Shown piece after piece: positions 1 through 8,678 of a DNA stretch of 64,000 nt. The translations under genes were made by a program, and so were the position numbers. Position 1 is the stretch's first letter. Each line of letters begins with the position of its first letter. The DNA is taken from the NCBI GenBank assembly GCA_963822965.1, contig CAWGJT010000008.1, positions 32,001 to 96,000 on the forward strand, written 5' to 3'. Origin of the DNA: an uncultured delta proteobacterium (GTDB taxonomy: Bacteria; Myxococcota_A; UBA9160; UBA4427). The notes below the pieces were generated by a model. It was given only the letters and a program-made list of their open reading frames with translations. It had not been told where the DNA came from and ran no database searches.

Positions 1-174
1 GTCGCCCTCGGCCTACTGCTCCACTTCGGTCCCTCGGTTCCCCTGCTGGGCAAGCTTCCGGGTGACGTGCGGATCGAGCGCCCGGGGGTGCGGATCTACA
101 TTCCCATCACGAGCTGTCTGCTGCTGAGCGTCGTGCTGTCCGCGGTTCTCTGGCTCTTCTCGAGATTGCGCTAG
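1..174 (+). CDS. DUF2905-family small membrane protein (5' partial)
   Basis: Frame 1 reads ...LLGKLPGDVRIERPGVRIYIPITSCLLLSVVLSAVLWLFSRLR*, matching the G[KR]LPGD...PITT/S pattern of DUF2905; TAG at 172-174. Confidence 0.8.
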   Translation, partial: VALGLLLHFGPSVPLLGKLPGDVRIERPGVRIYIPITSCLLLSVVLSAVLWLFSRLR

Positions 175-215
175 CCCGTCGCGGGCCGAGCTGGTCCGCC
201 GCGCCGGTCCGCCGT

Positions 216-247
216 TCTCGCGTCGCCACTATCTCGCGTCGCCACTA
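216..247. repeat. Perfect 2 x 16-nt tandem duplication TCTCGCGTCGCCACTA
   Basis: Copies at 216-231 and 232-247; the unit contains the minus-strand TAG stop of the methyltransferase. Confidence 0.85.
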
Positions 248-949
248 TGCCGCCTTCGCGGGCAGCTTCACGGACAGCTCCGTTCCCTCGTTCAGCTCGA
301 GCATGGCGGACTGGAAGCCGTTGGCGGGGTCGTGCAGCCAGCCGAGGAAGTCGTCGTGCTCGGCCCAGAAGGCGCCGACGTTGTCGGCGAGCACCACGCC
401 GCCGTCGCGCAGGTGCGGCGCCACCAGCTTCAGCACCGGCAGCATGGCGGGCGGGAACCCGTCGCAGAGCAGCATGTCCACGGGAGCCTCGAGGTCGCGA
501 AGGGTCTCCCGGGCGTCGCCTTCGCGAATATCCACGAGGTCGAGCAGGCCCGCCTCGCGCAGGTGCTCCCGGGCTCGCGCCGCCTTGGCGGGCACCATCT
601 CGGTGCCAATCACGCAACCGCCGCCGTTCTCGCGCACGGCCAGCGCGAGATAGAGAGTCGAGACGCCGAACGACGTGCCGTACTCGACGATGCGTCGGGC
701 GCCCAGGGACCGGGCCAGCAGGTAGCAGAACACACCCTGGCTGCGGTCGAGACAGATGAACTTGTCGTCGAGGCGGTCGCCGAGTCGATCCCACGCGATG
801 CCCCGACCGCGGAGCAGCCGCGGAATCTGGTCGACGAAGTGCAGGAAGAGCTTCGGGGTCTGCCGGTCGGCCTCCCGGTGCAGGCGGGCGAGAAGATCGC
901 GGACCTTCGGGTCGGGCAGGGCGTCGAGGGCGGATCGCTTTCGGGTCAT
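245..949 (-). CDS. Class I SAM-dependent O-methyltransferase (YrrM/Methyltransf_24-like)
   Basis: VEYGTSFGVST motif I, GDARETL, ADNV; divergent from a TetR gene. Confidence 0.85.
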   Translation of the reverse strand: MTRKRSALDALPDPKVRDLLARLHREADRQTPKLFLHFVDQIPRLLRGRGIAWDRLGDRLDDKFICLDRSQGVFCYLLARSLGARRIVEYGTSFGVSTLYLALAVRENGGGCVIGTEMVPAKAARAREHLREAGLLDLVDIREGDARETLRDLEAPVDMLLCDGFPPAMLPVLKLVAPHLRDGGVVLADNVGAFWAEHDDFLGWLHDPANGFQSAMLELNEGTELSVKLPAKAA

Positions 950-1003
950 GTCGGATTCTCCGTTCCAGCGCCCTTCGGGCGCTTCGTGGGCGCCGGACTA
1001 GAA

Positions 1004-1036
1004 TACGAGCAATTACTCGCGTAAACTACTCGCGTT
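1004..1036. promoter_or_regulatory. Putative TetR operator(s) in the divergent promoter region
   Basis: AT-richer patch with imperfect palindrome CGAG-CAATTA-CTCG and a direct repeat of TACTCGCGT just upstream of the TetR ATG. Confidence 0.45.
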
Positions 1037-1039
1037 CCC

Positions 1040-1651
1040 ATGGCCCGCCGTATCGACCTGAAACCCCGGAAGAGACCGCGCCAGGAGCGGGCGCGCGAGA
1101 TGGATCGCCTGATCCTGGAGGCGGCGGCTCGCGTTCTGGAGGAGAGCGGACCCGCGGGCTTCAACACCAACCGGGTGGCCGAACGCGCGGGAATCAGCGT
1201 GGGCTCCCTGTACCAGTACTACCCGAACAAGGTGGCGCTGCTGTTTCGCCTTCACGAGCTCGAGACCCACGACACGAAGGCGGCCATCTCGACGCTCCTC
1301 GGCGACGAGACGAAGGCGCCGCGGGAGCGGGTCTTCGCGGCGGTACGGGCCTTCTTCGAGACCGAGGCCGCGGAGGCCCCGCTGCGGCAGGCCCTGGGGC
1401 TCGCCCGGGTCTACTTCCGCGATTCGCCCGAGTCGGCCGCGGTGGAGCGGCAGGTGATCGAGCGGGTGCGGCGCTTCCTGTGCGAGGTGCAGCCGCTCCG
1501 GCGCGGCCGGCGCGACTTCGACGCTCGCTTCCTGGTGACGGTGCTCGCCAGCGTGTCCGAGCACATCACCCAACGCGGTATGCGCGGCGCCGAGCTCCGC
1601 CGCTGGGCGGACCGGTGCAGCGAGATGCTCTGCGACCACATGCATCTGTGA
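1040..1651 (+). CDS. TetR/AcrR family transcriptional regulator
   Basis: PRKRPRQER...ILEAAARVL...NTNRVAERAGISVGSLYQYYPNK helix-turn-helix. Confidence 0.95.
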   Translation: MARRIDLKPRKRPRQERAREMDRLILEAAARVLEESGPAGFNTNRVAERAGISVGSLYQYYPNKVALLFRLHELETHDTKAAISTLLGDETKAPRERVFAAVRAFFETEAAEAPLRQALGLARVYFRDSPESAAVERQVIERVRRFLCEVQPLRRGRRDFDARFLVTVLASVSEHITQRGMRGAELRRWADRCSEMLCDHMHL

Positions 1652-1687
1652 TGGGCCCGCGGCCGGCGCCCGTCCTATCATGGCGCC

Positions 1688-2311
1688 GTGCGCGCCGCCC
1701 GGGAGCCGCTGCTACTGCTCGTCGCGACGGGCGTTCTGCTCGTGGTCTCGGGCATCCATCCCCAGGACCGGATCACCTGGCTGCTGGAGGTGGCGCCGGT
1801 TCTGATCGGAGCGCCGATCCTGGTCGCCACCTGGCGTCGCTTTCCGTTGACGCCGCTCCTCTACCGCCTGCTCTTCCTGCACGCGTCGATCCTGATGCTG
1901 GGCGGTCACTACACCTATGCGCGTGTGCCCGTCGGCTTCTGGGTGCAGGACTGGCTCGACCTCTCGCGGAACCACTACGACCGCCTGGGTCATCTCGCCC
2001 AGGGCTTCGTGCCCGCGATCCTGGCGCGGGAGATCCTGCTGCGCCGGACGCCCCTGCGGCCGGGCGGCTGGCTCTTCTTCCTCACCACCTCGGTGTGTCT
2101 CGCGTTCAGCGCCTTCTACGAGCTGATCGAGTGGTGGACGGCGTTGCTCTGGGGCGGCCCCGCCGAAGCGTTCCTCGCCACCCAGGGCGACGTGTGGGAC
2201 ACCCAGGCGGACATGTTTCTGGCGCTCGTGGGCGCGGTGTCGAGTCAGCTGCTGCTCGCGCGCTGGCACGGGCGCCAGCTGGCTGCGCTCTGCGAGCGGG
2301 AGCCGGGATGA
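1688..2311 (+). CDS. DUF2238 (YjdF-like) inner-membrane protein
   Basis: GGHYTYARVP, RNHYDRLGH, YELIEWW and QGDVWDTQADM motifs. Confidence 0.9.
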   Translation: MRAAREPLLLLVATGVLLVVSGIHPQDRITWLLEVAPVLIGAPILVATWRRFPLTPLLYRLLFLHASILMLGGHYTYARVPVGFWVQDWLDLSRNHYDRLGHLAQGFVPAILAREILLRRTPLRPGGWLFFLTTSVCLAFSAFYELIEWWTALLWGGPAEAFLATQGDVWDTQADMFLALVGAVSSQLLLARWHGRQLAALCEREPG

Positions 2312-2928
2312 GCGGGCTGCTCCAACGCGCTTCGGATCTGTGGCGCCGTTTTCACGGTCGCGGCACCTACCCCCACGAGATGGCCTTCCTGCTGCGGCTT
2401 CCGCTGCGCGACCTCGTCTTCTCGCGCCGGCAGCTGGTCGAGCGACTGCAGCTGCGAGCCGACGCCGTCGTGCTCGAGATCGGCCCCGGGCCCGGGTACT
2501 TCTCGCCGTCCGTCGCCCGGGCCGTGCCGGCGGGTCGGCTCGAGCTGCTCGACCTGCAGCCGCAGATGCTCGCCATCGCGCGACGTCACCTCCGGCGCGC
2601 GGGCTGCGGAAACGTCCACTTCACCTGCGGCGCCGGGGACCGTCTGCCCTACCGCAGCGGGAGCTTCGACGTGGCCTTCGCGGTGGCGGTGCTGGGAGAG
2701 GTGCCCGAGCCCGCCGCCTGCGTGCGCGAGGTGGCTCGGGTGCTGCGGCCGGGCGGTGCCCTCTCGATCACCGAGCTGCCCGGCGATCCGGACGCCCTGT
2801 CCCAGGCGGAGGTGCTGGCGCTGTGCGAGCCGGTGGGCTTCCGCCAGCGGGATGTGCTTCCGCTCCGGGGTGGCTACTCGCTCACCCTCTCGCTCGGTCC
2901 CGAGCGCGATTCTTCCGGAGAGACGTGA
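2308..2928 (+). CDS. Class I SAM-dependent methyltransferase (UbiE-like fold)
   Basis: ATG overlaps the upstream TGA (ATGA); VLEIGPGPG, LPYRSGSFD, RVLRPGG motifs. Confidence 0.85.
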   Translation: MSGLLQRASDLWRRFHGRGTYPHEMAFLLRLPLRDLVFSRRQLVERLQLRADAVVLEIGPGPGYFSPSVARAVPAGRLELLDLQPQMLAIARRHLRRAGCGNVHFTCGAGDRLPYRSGSFDVAFAVAVLGEVPEPAACVREVARVLRPGGALSITELPGDPDALSQAEVLALCEPVGFRQRDVLPLRGGYSLTLSLGPERDSSGET

Positions 2929-3008
2929 TGGACCACCAGGATCGCTCTTCTCCTTCCTCCGCGTCGTCGTCCCTGGCGACCCGCCTCGATCGGCCAGGCG
3001 CCTGACCC

Positions 3009-3602
3009 GTGCCTCCCGAGCCGGTGTCCGTCGAGGTGGTCGAGGAGCCCATCGGCCGCCTCGGCGAGCACGCCGGGATCTCCATCACGTTCACGGTGGA
3101 GAGCGTGCTGGAGGTGGAGGTTCGCGACGGCGGCCTCCGGGGGCTGCTGCTGCGGGAGAAATTGCTCGCCGCGCCGTACACCCAGGACTACGACGCGCTC
3201 CCCGGCAGTCACCCGCTCGACTGGGCGCGGCGCTTCGACGTCTCGCAGTGGGGCCTGCTGGCGGCGCGGGTCCGGGGCGTCCGGGTGGGCGGAGCGGTCC
3301 TGGCCTTCGCGACGCCCGGGCTCCAGATGCTCGCCGGGCGCGACGACCTCGCGGTGCTGTGGGACCTGCGGGTGGCGCCGGACCACCGGGGTTCGGGCGT
3401 GGGCTCGGCGCTGTTCGCGGCCGCCGAAGCCTGGGCGGCCGCGCGAGGCTGCACCCGTCTGAACGTCGAGACCCAGAATGTCAACGTGCGGGCCTGCCGC
3501 TTCTACGCCGGCGTCGGCTGCGAGCTCGCGTCCATCGACCGCCTCGCCTATCCGAGCCTGCCGGGAGAGGTGCAGCTCGTCTGGAGCAAGTCGCTGGCCT
3601 GA
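3009..3602 (+). CDS. GNAT family N-acetyltransferase
   Basis: LRVAPDHRGSGVG acetyl-CoA motif; ETQNVNVRACRFY. Confidence 0.9.
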   Translation: MPPEPVSVEVVEEPIGRLGEHAGISITFTVESVLEVEVRDGGLRGLLLREKLLAAPYTQDYDALPGSHPLDWARRFDVSQWGLLAARVRGVRVGGAVLAFATPGLQMLAGRDDLAVLWDLRVAPDHRGSGVGSALFAAAEAWAAARGCTRLNVETQNVNVRACRFYAGVGCELASIDRLAYPSLPGEVQLVWSKSLA

Positions 3603-3696
3603 GGGTCGCGGGCCGGGGCTTTCGCGCACGGGCGGCTGTGGCATCGTCTCTGCGCGCGCCACGTGAAACACGCACAGGGCCAGGGGAGTCATCGGG

Positions 3697-4104
3697 ATGA
3701 GAGTCGAAGGTGGGTGCTACTGCGGGGCCGTCCGCTACGAGGCGGAGGGCGATCCGATCTTCAAGGGGCAGTGTCACTGCCGCGAATGCCAGTACATCTC
3801 GGGGGGCTCGCCGAACGTCGTGATGGGGCTTCCCGAGGCCGGCTTCCGCTACACGAAGGGATCGCCGAAGACGTTCCGCCGGAAGGACCTGGACAACCCG
3901 GTGTCCCGGGAGTTCTGTCCGGAGTGCGGCACGCACCTGCTGAGCCGGGCGCCCGCGCTGCCCGGGGCGGTGCTCCTCAAGGTCGGCACGCTCGACGATC
4001 CGAGCGTCTTCGGCATGCCGCAGATGGCGATCTTCACGATCGACAAGCAGAGCTTCCACGTGGTACCCGAGGGCGTCGCCAGCTTCGAGCGCGGCCCCGG
4101 CTGA
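3697..4104 (+). CDS. GFA (CENP-V/glutathione-dependent formaldehyde-activating) family protein
   Basis: GGCYCGAVRY, CHCRECQ and FCPECGT zinc motifs; GGGGAG RBS-like sequence upstream. Confidence 0.92.
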   Translation: MRVEGGCYCGAVRYEAEGDPIFKGQCHCRECQYISGGSPNVVMGLPEAGFRYTKGSPKTFRRKDLDNPVSREFCPECGTHLLSRAPALPGAVLLKVGTLDDPSVFGMPQMAIFTIDKQSFHVVPEGVASFERGPG

Positions 4105-4191
4105 GAGCCGGCGCGGAGCCCCGTGTTCCTCGCGCTCTTCTTGCTGGGCCTCCTCGCCGACACGGGGCGTTCGATGCGGGCCTGCCCACGC

Positions 4192-5316
4192 ATGCGCGAG
4201 GCGCGCTCGTTCCGCTCGGGTGGCGCCGCCCCGATCCTGCTGGTCGCGTGTCTGACGCTCGGACTCGCCGCGGCGGGGGCTGCCGGGGAGGTCTCCTTCA
4301 CCGGTCTCGGGGATCTGCCGGGGGGTGCGTTCGCCAGCGAAGCCGCCGGCATCTCGGCGGACGGAACCGTGGTCTCGGGCTCCTCGGTGATCGACGACCT
4401 GGGCCGGCGGGAGGCGTTCCGCTGGACGCGCGACGAGGGCCTCGTCGGTCTGGGTGACATCCGGGGCGGCGCCGTGCGGAGCTCGGCCGGCGGCATCTCG
4501 GCCGACGGTCTGAAGATCGTGGGTACCGTCAGCTCGGAGTCGGGAACCGAGGCGTTCCTGTGGAGCCGCGCCGAGGGCATGATCGGCCTGGGCGACCTGC
4601 CGGCGGGCATCTTCTCGACCCGCGGTGCCGCGGCTTCGGCGGACGGTGCGGTCGTGGTCGGACACGGCCAGGCGCTGCTCGGCACCCGTGCCTGGTCGCG
4701 TGCCTTCCGCTGGACGCGGCAGCAGGGCATGGTGGATCTGGGAGACCTTCCCGGCGGCCTGCAAGCGAGCCTCGCCACCGACGTGTCGGCGGACGGCACC
4801 GTGGTGGTGGGCCAGGCCTCCTCGGCGTCCGGCTCCGAGGCGTTCCGCTGGACCGCCGAGGGCATGGTGGCGCTGGGAGACCTGGGAGGAGGCCGCTTCG
4901 AGAGCCTGGCGCACGCGGTCTCCGCCGACGGCACGGTGATCGTCGGGGAGGGACAGTCCGGTCGGGGCCGGGAGGCCGTCCGCTGGACCGTTTCCCGGGG
5001 CGGGTCCGCCCGCATGCAGCGTCTCGGCGACCTTCCGGGCGGCGCGACCTCGAGCGCCGCGCGGGACGTGTCGGCGGACGGCCGGGTCGTCGTCGGCACG
5101 GCCACGTCGGCCGCGGGAGAGGAGGCGTTCGTGTGGGACGCGAAGCGGGGCATGCGGAGCGTCCGCGACCTGCTCGCGGGCGCGAGCGCGCCCGGCCTCG
5201 ACGGCTGGGTGCTCGCGGCGGCGACGGCCGTCGCGGACGACGGCCGCACCCTGGCGGGTGAGGGGATCGACCCCGAGGGCCACGCGCAGGCCTGGGTGGC
5301 GGTGCTTCCGGAGTGA
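4192..5316 (+). CDS. Secreted HAF-repeat (extracellular repeat) protein
   Basis: Signal-peptide-like N-terminus; repeated LGDLPGG...SADG.VVVG...EAF.W units; start uncertain (ORF open from 4123). Confidence 0.85.
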   Translation: MREARSFRSGGAAPILLVACLTLGLAAAGAAGEVSFTGLGDLPGGAFASEAAGISADGTVVSGSSVIDDLGRREAFRWTRDEGLVGLGDIRGGAVRSSAGGISADGLKIVGTVSSESGTEAFLWSRAEGMIGLGDLPAGIFSTRGAAASADGAVVVGHGQALLGTRAWSRAFRWTRQQGMVDLGDLPGGLQASLATDVSADGTVVVGQASSASGSEAFRWTAEGMVALGDLGGGRFESLAHAVSADGTVIVGEGQSGRGREAVRWTVSRGGSARMQRLGDLPGGATSSAARDVSADGRVVVGTATSAAGEEAFVWDAKRGMRSVRDLLAGASAPGLDGWVLAAATAVADDGRTLAGEGIDPEGHAQAWVAVLPE

Positions 5317-5478
5317 CTCCCCGGTCGCGCGCGGGGCCTGGCCGTGCATCCGTGCGTCACCTGCCCCAGGGCGTGGCCGACCTCGACGCGCGCCCCGGGC
5401 CCCGGGACGAGGTACACATCCCGCAGGCGCTGTCCGGGGGCTGACCCGGGCAGGCCGACACGAGGGCAGACGCACGGG

Positions 5479-6156
5479 ATGACCCGAGCCACGGCGATGG
5501 AATCGGACGACCGCTGCTCGCCGGCCGGCGAGAGCGACGGGCGGGGCGCCGCGCGGCGTCGTCGGCGACGCGGGCTCGTTCTCGGGCTGCTGCTCTTCGT
5601 GGCCTGCGGCGCCCGACCCTTCGGGTCCTGCGAGTCACCCGTCCCCATCCACTGCGGCCCGCCCCCGTTCGTCGTGAACGTGACCTACCCGGGCGAGGTC
5701 GACGTCGAGCCGGGGTCGCCGGTGATCTACCAGGGAATCCGGATCGGCCGCGTCGAGGCCGTGACCCTGCGCCAGGATGCACCCGAGCAGCCGGCGCTCG
5801 TGGAGGTGAAGCTCGGAATCCGCGACCGCCACGTGGTGCTGCGCGAGTCGGATCGCTTCCACCAGTCGAGCCTTCGCGGGGTTCCGGTGATCGAGGTCGA
5901 GCCGGCGGAGGCGCCCTCCGAGCCGCTGGCGGCGGGTGCCACCGTCGCGGGCGTACCGCCCCTGCTCACGCGGCTCGAGGAGTCGCTGGGCACGGCGGCC
6001 GAATCCCTGGGTGCACTGGCCGAAGAGGCGATCGAGAGGGCCATCGAGTCCCTCGATGAGGAGACGCGGACGCGTCTGGGCGACGCCCTCCGCGAGATGC
6101 ACCCCACCCCGCCGCCGAGCCCCGATCCCCAGGACGGGCAGGATCCGGTCCGCTAG
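5479..6156 (+). CDS. MlaD/MCE-domain protein
   Basis: N-terminal TM segment; GSPVIYQGIRIGRVEAV MCE motif; helical C-terminus; start uncertain. Confidence 0.75.
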   Translation: MTRATAMESDDRCSPAGESDGRGAARRRRRRGLVLGLLLFVACGARPFGSCESPVPIHCGPPPFVVNVTYPGEVDVEPGSPVIYQGIRIGRVEAVTLRQDAPEQPALVEVKLGIRDRHVVLRESDRFHQSSLRGVPVIEVEPAEAPSEPLAAGATVAGVPPLLTRLEESLGTAAESLGALAEEAIERAIESLDEETRTRLGDALREMHPTPPPSPDPQDGQDPVR

Positions 6157-6238
6157 CCCGGTCCCACCGCGCGGCGGGAACGTTCCCCGCGCCGCGGCGT
6201 GGTAGGGTGTCGCGCGTGCCAGCAGGACGGGGGAAGCC

Positions 6239-6658
6239 GTGTCGGCCGAGCGCGTCGAGAGCCTGAACGAGTTCGCGCGCGAGAAGCACCCGGGACTGGT
6301 GGGCGTCGAGGTCCTCACCTGCGGGCCCGATCTCGTGACCGGCCGGCTGGACGTGACCGGGGCCCTGGTGGCGGGCACGGGCTTCCTGTGGGCCCCGGTG
6401 GTCGTCACCCTGGCCGACTGGCTCTGCGCCTGCGGGATCGGCGGCTCGCTTCCCGAGGGTGCGAGCTTCACCACCATCGAGATCAAGACCAACTTCCTGG
6501 GCACGGTGCGCGAAGGCGGCGCCATCGTCGGCAAGGCCTGGGCCGTCCATCAGGGACGTACCACCCAGGTCTGGGACGTCGAGGTGAGCGACGAGTCGAA
6601 CGGCAAGGTGATCGCCCTGTTCCGCTGCACGCAGATGGTGCTGCATCCCCGCTCCTGA
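6239..6658 (+). CDS. PaaI/hotdog-fold thioesterase
   Basis: VTLADWLC, TTIEIKTNFLG, HQGRTTQVWDVEV, FRCTQMVL. Confidence 0.9.
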   Translation: MSAERVESLNEFAREKHPGLVGVEVLTCGPDLVTGRLDVTGALVAGTGFLWAPVVVTLADWLCACGIGGSLPEGASFTTIEIKTNFLGTVREGGAIVGKAWAVHQGRTTQVWDVEVSDESNGKVIALFRCTQMVLHPRS

Positions 6659-6769
6659 AGGACCGGTCCCGGCCCGCCGGAGAGGGCCGCCGGGCCGGGG
6701 TCGAAGCGCGCGGGACCCGGTGGCCTCCGGTTTGTGGCATCTTGCCGCCTTCGACGGGCCTGGGGACGC

Positions 6770-7492
6770 GTGGCGGAAGAAGGAAAGAGCTGGGGGCCCC
6801 GAAGGCTCCTGTGGGCGGCGGGCATCCTCCTGCTCGCGATGCTCGCCGTTCTGGCGTCGATCTACGCCGGTCGGCCGGGGATCGACAGCTTCGACGTCAA
6901 GGGAATCGACGTCTCCCACCACCAGGGCGAGATCGACTGGAGCCGGGTCGGTTCCGCCGACGTGAACTTCGCGTTCATCAAGGCGACCGAGGGACGCGAC
7001 CATCAGGACACGCGCTTCAGCAACAACTGGACGGCCGCAGAGCAGGCGGGGCTGATCCGTGGCGCCTACCACTTCTTCACGTTCTGCTCGCCGGGTCGCG
7101 ACCAGGCCGAGCACTTCCTGGCCGTGGTCCCGCCCACGCCAGGCGCCCTGCCCCCGGTGGTCGACGTCGAGTTCGCCGGCAACTGCAAGTCGTGGTCCTC
7201 GATCGACGAGATCCGCGCCGAGCTGGGAATCCTCCTCGAGCAGCTCGAGAAGGCCTGGCAGCGGCGACCCATCCTGTACCTCACGTCCGAGGCCGAGCGA
7301 CGCATCGTGCGTGGTCACTTCCCGGGCTATCCGGTGTGGATCCGCAACGTGCTGTGGCGACCGCCCTGGGGCGAGCCCGGCTGGCTGTTCTGGCAGTACA
7401 CCGACGAGGGTCGGGTGCCCGGCATCGATACCCCCGTGGATCTCAACGTCTATCGGGGCGGCCGGGACGAGCTGCTGGCGCTGCTTCGCTGA
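6770..7492 (+). CDS. Glycoside hydrolase family 25 lysozyme with N-terminal membrane anchor
   Basis: GIDVSHHQGEIDW, FIKATEG, GAYHFF, DVE catalytic motif, WQYT, VDLN. Confidence 0.95.
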   Translation: MAEEGKSWGPRRLLWAAGILLLAMLAVLASIYAGRPGIDSFDVKGIDVSHHQGEIDWSRVGSADVNFAFIKATEGRDHQDTRFSNNWTAAEQAGLIRGAYHFFTFCSPGRDQAEHFLAVVPPTPGALPPVVDVEFAGNCKSWSSIDEIRAELGILLEQLEKAWQRRPILYLTSEAERRIVRGHFPGYPVWIRNVLWRPPWGEPGWLFWQYTDEGRVPGIDTPVDLNVYRGGRDELLALLR

Positions 7493-7524
7493 GACGCGAC
7501 CTCGCGCGCGAAGGGAGGAAACCG

Positions 7525-7989
7525 ATGGACACCCGGAACGCACCCCCGCCGCAGATCCTCTGGATCCTCTGGGGATCCATGCTCGTGAGCCTCGCCATCT
7601 ACGGCGGCATTCCGTTCTTCGTGGCCTGGGAGCACGAGACGCCGGGGTCGGACGCAGTGATGTTCGCGCTGGCCGGCGTGGCTGTCTCCACGGCCGTCGC
7701 CACGTTCGTGCTGCGCCGGCTGCTGATCGCCGGTCCCATCGCGAATCGCTCGCTCGACCCCACCACACCCGCCGGCCGCGCCCGCTTCTTCCAGGCGCAT
7801 GTCTTCTGCTGGGTGCTCTCCGAGTCGGTGGGCATCTACGGGCTGGTGCTCTACTTCCTGTACGGCAGCCGGCCGTTGCTGTACGGCTTCCTGGCGGGGG
7901 CGTTCGTGCTGATGCTGCTACACGCACCGCGGCAGCCCCAGGTGTCGGCGTCCACCGACCGGGCGCGGCCCGACGTGAAGATCGGCTGA
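7525..7989 (+). CDS. Hypothetical 4-TM membrane protein
   Basis: Strong AAGGGAGG RBS; four hydrophobic segments; LSESVGIYGLV. Confidence 0.75.
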   Translation: MDTRNAPPPQILWILWGSMLVSLAIYGGIPFFVAWEHETPGSDAVMFALAGVAVSTAVATFVLRRLLIAGPIANRSLDPTTPAGRARFFQAHVFCWVLSESVGIYGLVLYFLYGSRPLLYGFLAGAFVLMLLHAPRQPQVSASTDRARPDVKIG

Positions 7990-8012
7990 TCGCTCTTCCG
8001 GAGGAGCTTTCG

Positions 8013-8093
8013 ATGGCCCACGACGAGGGCCTCGTCCAGCGCATCCGCGAGCAGCTCGAGCATCGGGAGGACGGCTCCGAATCCTCGTTTTGA
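8013..8093 (+). pseudogene. Truncated remnant of a TfoX/Sxy N-terminal-domain gene
   Basis: GGAGG RBS, then MAHDEGLVQRIREQLEHRE.. resembling the MAYDExLAxRIRExL start of TfoX_N proteins; stops after 26 codons, before the KMFGG motif. Confidence 0.55.
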
Positions 8094-8243
8094 TTTCGCC
8101 CCGGCTGGGTTACGATGCCGCCCGCTCGATTCGGTGGTGCCAGCCGGGATGCCTCAAGTCGGGGGTTCGGGGTGGAGTCAGGAGATCGGAGCAAGACCCC
8201 GTCCGCGGGCCGTCGGCGCGACGGGCGGGCAGGAGAAGAGAGA

Positions 8244-8447
8244 ATGGCAGGTGGTACCGTCAAGTGGTTCAGCGACGAGAAGGGGTATGGCTTCATCACC
8301 CCCGACGACGGGTCGAAGGACCTCTTCGTGCATTACTCCAACATCGACGGCGAGGGCTTCAGAACGCTCACCGAGGGTCAGAAGGTGACCTTCGAGGCCG
8401 CGGAAGGTCGAAAAGGCCCCGAGGCGACTCGCGTTCGGCCCTCGTAG
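8244..8447 (+). CDS. cspA: Cold-shock protein (CspA family)
   Basis: [15 protein letters not shown] (RNP1), DLFVHYSNI (RNP2), GPEA; AGGAG RBS. Confidence 0.95.
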   Translation: MAGGTVKWFSDEKGYGFITPDDGSKDLFVHYSNIDGEGFRTLTEGQKVTFEAAEGRKGPEATRVRPS

Positions 8448-8457
8448 AGAGCCGTTG

Positions 8458-8483
8458 GCGCCCCTCCTCCCAAGAGGGGGTGT
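8458..8483 (+). terminator. GC-rich hairpin downstream of csp (possible terminator)
   Basis: GCGCCCCTC...GAGGGGGTGT imperfect stem; no U-tract. Confidence 0.35.
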
Positions 8484-8525
8484 CATGCACAAACGAGCGG
8501 CGGTCCGGCGACGGGCCGCCGCTCT

Positions 8526-8567
8526 TGCGTCTGGGGCGCGGCCGCCTGCGTCTGGGGCGCGGCCGCC
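8526..8567. repeat. Perfect 2 x 21-nt tandem duplication TGCGTCTGGGGCGCGGCCGCC
   Basis: Copies at 8526-8546 and 8547-8567. Confidence 0.85.
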
Positions 8568-8620
8568 CGGACGGCACCTCGCCCCGGTGTTGGTCGTGCG
8601 CGCCGTCCTGCGCCACCCTT

Positions 8621-8650
8621 TCGTAGCTCCGCGGATCGTAGCTCCGCGGA
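8621..8650. repeat. Perfect 2 x 15-nt tandem duplication TCGTAGCTCCGCGGA
   Basis: Copies at 8621-8635 and 8636-8650, just upstream of the TauD gene RBS. Confidence 0.85.
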
Positions 8651-8678
8651 CCGGAGGACGAGCGACGGAATCGACGCC

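Noticed and set aside
2928..3005. 25-codon ORF MDHQDRSSPSS...
   Set aside because: Low-complexity, no recognisable homology; cannot be supported
3639..3653. Sigma54-like TGGCAT-N5-CTGC upstream of the GFA gene
   Set aside because: Two deviations from consensus in GC-rich DNA; chance match plausible
6770..7989. Prophage lysis cassette (GH25 lysozyme plus membrane protein as holin)
   Set aside because: No phage structural, replication or integrase genes nearby; membrane-anchored GH25 genes are common chromosomal genes
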